DNA of 64,000 nucleotides from Deinococcota bacterium (GTDB lineage Bacteria; Deinococcota; Deinococci; Deinococcales; Thermaceae): NCBI GenBank assembly GCA_041695225.1, contig JBGFRI010000005.1, positions 37,272 to 101,271 of the forward strand, read 5' to 3'. Shown piece by piece: positions 62,722 to 64,000 of this stretch (position 1 is its first letter; each line of letters starts with the position of its first letter). The notes under the pieces were generated by a model. It saw only the letters and a program-made list of their open reading frames with translations, ran no database searches and was not told where the DNA came from. The position numbers and the translations under genes were made by a program.

Positions 62722-62789
62722 CTCTCGACCCTCGACCCCCGGCATTTTCATTTGACCCTCGACCCGACCGGTGACCCGAGACCCGAGAC
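62722..62789. repeat. Short heptamer tandem repeats
   Basis: CTCGACC-CTCGACC ... TTGACCC-TCGACCC ... GACCCGA-GACCCGA-GAC. Confidence 0.55.
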
Positions 62790-62828
62790 AGCCTAAAAGG
62801 GCAAGCACTGGTAAACATATTAACTTAC

Positions 62829-63464
62829 CTAACCACTACATCCTCTACACATCTCCAGGAAATTCCTCAGCATCAGCCTGCCTCCCTCGGTCAAAACCGA
62901 CTCGGGGTGGAACTGCACGCCGTGGGTGGGGTAGCGGCGGTGGCGCAGGCCCATCACGGTGTGGCCCTCAGCCTCGTAAAGCCAGGCGTTTACTTCTAGC
63001 TCCACGGGCAAGTCTTCCACCACCAACGAATGATAACGGGTGGCAACAAGCGGGTTAGGAAGACCAGCAAACACCCCGCTCTGGTCGTGTGAGATGGGGC
63101 TGGTCTTGCCATGCAGGATTACCTTGTGCCGCACCACCCTGGCCCCAAAAGCCGCCCCAATGGCCTGATGGCCCAAGCAGACCCCCAGAATTGGGTACCT
63201 GGGCGCATATTTTTGAATGAGTGGGACCGACAAACCCGCCTCGCTGGGGGTGCAGGGGCCAGGACTAATCACAATGCCGTGGGGGTCAAAGGCCGCGATA
63301 TCCCCTAAGCCAAACTGGTCGTTGCGCCATACCGTGACCTCGGCTCCGAGCTCGCCCAGGTACTGCACCAGGTTGTAGGTGAAGGAGTCGTAGTTGTCAA
63401 TGACCAAAATACGCCTGCCGGGTGTGTGTTGTGAGGTGTGGGTCTCGGGGAGTACGAGATTCAT
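62829..63464 (-). CDS. trpG: Anthranilate synthase component II (glutamine amidotransferase)
   Basis: [37 protein letters not shown]. Confidence 0.93.
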   Translation of the reverse strand: MNLVLPETHTSQHTPGRRILVIDNYDSFTYNLVQYLGELGAEVTVWRNDQFGLGDIAAFDPHGIVISPGPCTPSEAGLSVPLIQKYAPRYPILGVCLGHQAIGAAFGARVVRHKVILHGKTSPISHDQSGVFAGLPNPLVATRYHSLVVEDLPVELEVNAWLYEAEGHTVMGLRHRRYPTHGVQFHPESVLTEGGRLMLRNFLEMCRGCSG

Positions 63465-63598
63465 CGCTTTTGCTCCTGATGTGTAACGAAGCTGAAACGG
63501 CGCTTGCAAAGCATGATTAACTGGGTCTGCACGACTTGTATGTTGGTTTCTGGCGAAAGCCCGAGCTCGAGGTTGCTCATGCGACTCCTCCCGGGTAA

Positions 63599-63663
63599 GT
63601 CAAACACATGAGCCGGTGGATGAGGCGCGAGTGAAGCGGGGCGGCTCGAGCCACTGGTTAGTG
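63599..63663 (-). mobile_element. Degenerate attC-like site after the DUF86 gene
   Basis: CACTAAC (contains the stop)-cagtg-GCT(C)GAGC-CG...CG-GCTCA-tgt-GTTTGAC; right arm shortened. Confidence 0.5.
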
Positions 63664-64000
63664 TGGCCCCCCGTTCGCCTCCAGGCTGTTGAGCAAGCGA
63701 CGGCATTCGCGGCTCAGTATCGGAACATCGCGAACGGCGATTCCCCACACCAAGTCGTCATTGACCGACGGATACTCATGAGTCAACTGGTTACGGAAGT
63801 CCACGATGCGCCGAGCATATGTGATTGAATTGAAGACTGCGGGATCATGGTGCGAGAGTGCCAGAACGGCCTCTCCGATGATGGTGAACTCCCGCTCCAC
63901 CGCACGCCGGATGATGCGACTCTGCCGGTACCCCTCCGGACCGAGGCCCTCGAGCATCCCGGAGATCGCTCTGCAGCAGTCTAGGATGTCCTTGAGGTAG
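63658..64000 (-). CDS. DUF86/HepT-like ribonuclease (5' end beyond the window)
   Basis: Frame open to the edge (YLKDILDCCRAISG), AVEREFTIIGEA, IVDFRNQLTHEY (RX4H). Confidence 0.85.
   Translation of the reverse strand, partial: YLKDILDCCRAISGMLEGLGPEGYRQSRIIRRAVEREFTIIGEAVLALSHHDPAVFNSITYARRIVDFRNQLTHEYPSVNDDLVWGIAVRDVPILSRECRRLLNSLEANGGPH

Overview
GC-rich bacterial chromosomal window. Gene content and protein style suggest Deinococcota, probably a Meiothermus-like Thermales; this is inference. The housekeeping backbone includes dxs (3' part), hrpB, dnaK-grpE-dnaJ, pyrD, moaA, apgM, trmH, hisG, ppa, gyrB, trpG and trpD. Accessory content: (1) a yybP-ykoY (Mn2+) riboswitch with an overlapping terminator in front of a 71-aa orphan ORF; (2) an integron-type cassette array at 16.2-18.5 kb with no integrase in the window, carrying two toxin-antitoxin cassettes and a nitrilase-family cassette, plus another attC-like site at 63.6 kb; (3) phosphorus-scavenging genes, namely a frameshifted alkaline phosphatase, phoD, and a ~19-kb phn region (phnGHIJKLM, two phnCDE sets, a second phnM, a peptide-type ABC system without ATPase, two candidate phosphodiesterases); (4) four tandem GT2 genes and a vapBC pair between trpG and trpD, with vapC broken by a 40-nt element that also occurs at 36.4 kb; (5) several families of intergenic REP/MITE-like repeats. 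The strongest anomaly is that PhnJ has lost 3 of the 4 Cys of its Fe-S/thiyl-radical motif while the rest of the C-P lyase set looks intact. No rRNA, tRNA, CRISPR array, transposase or integrase was recognised.
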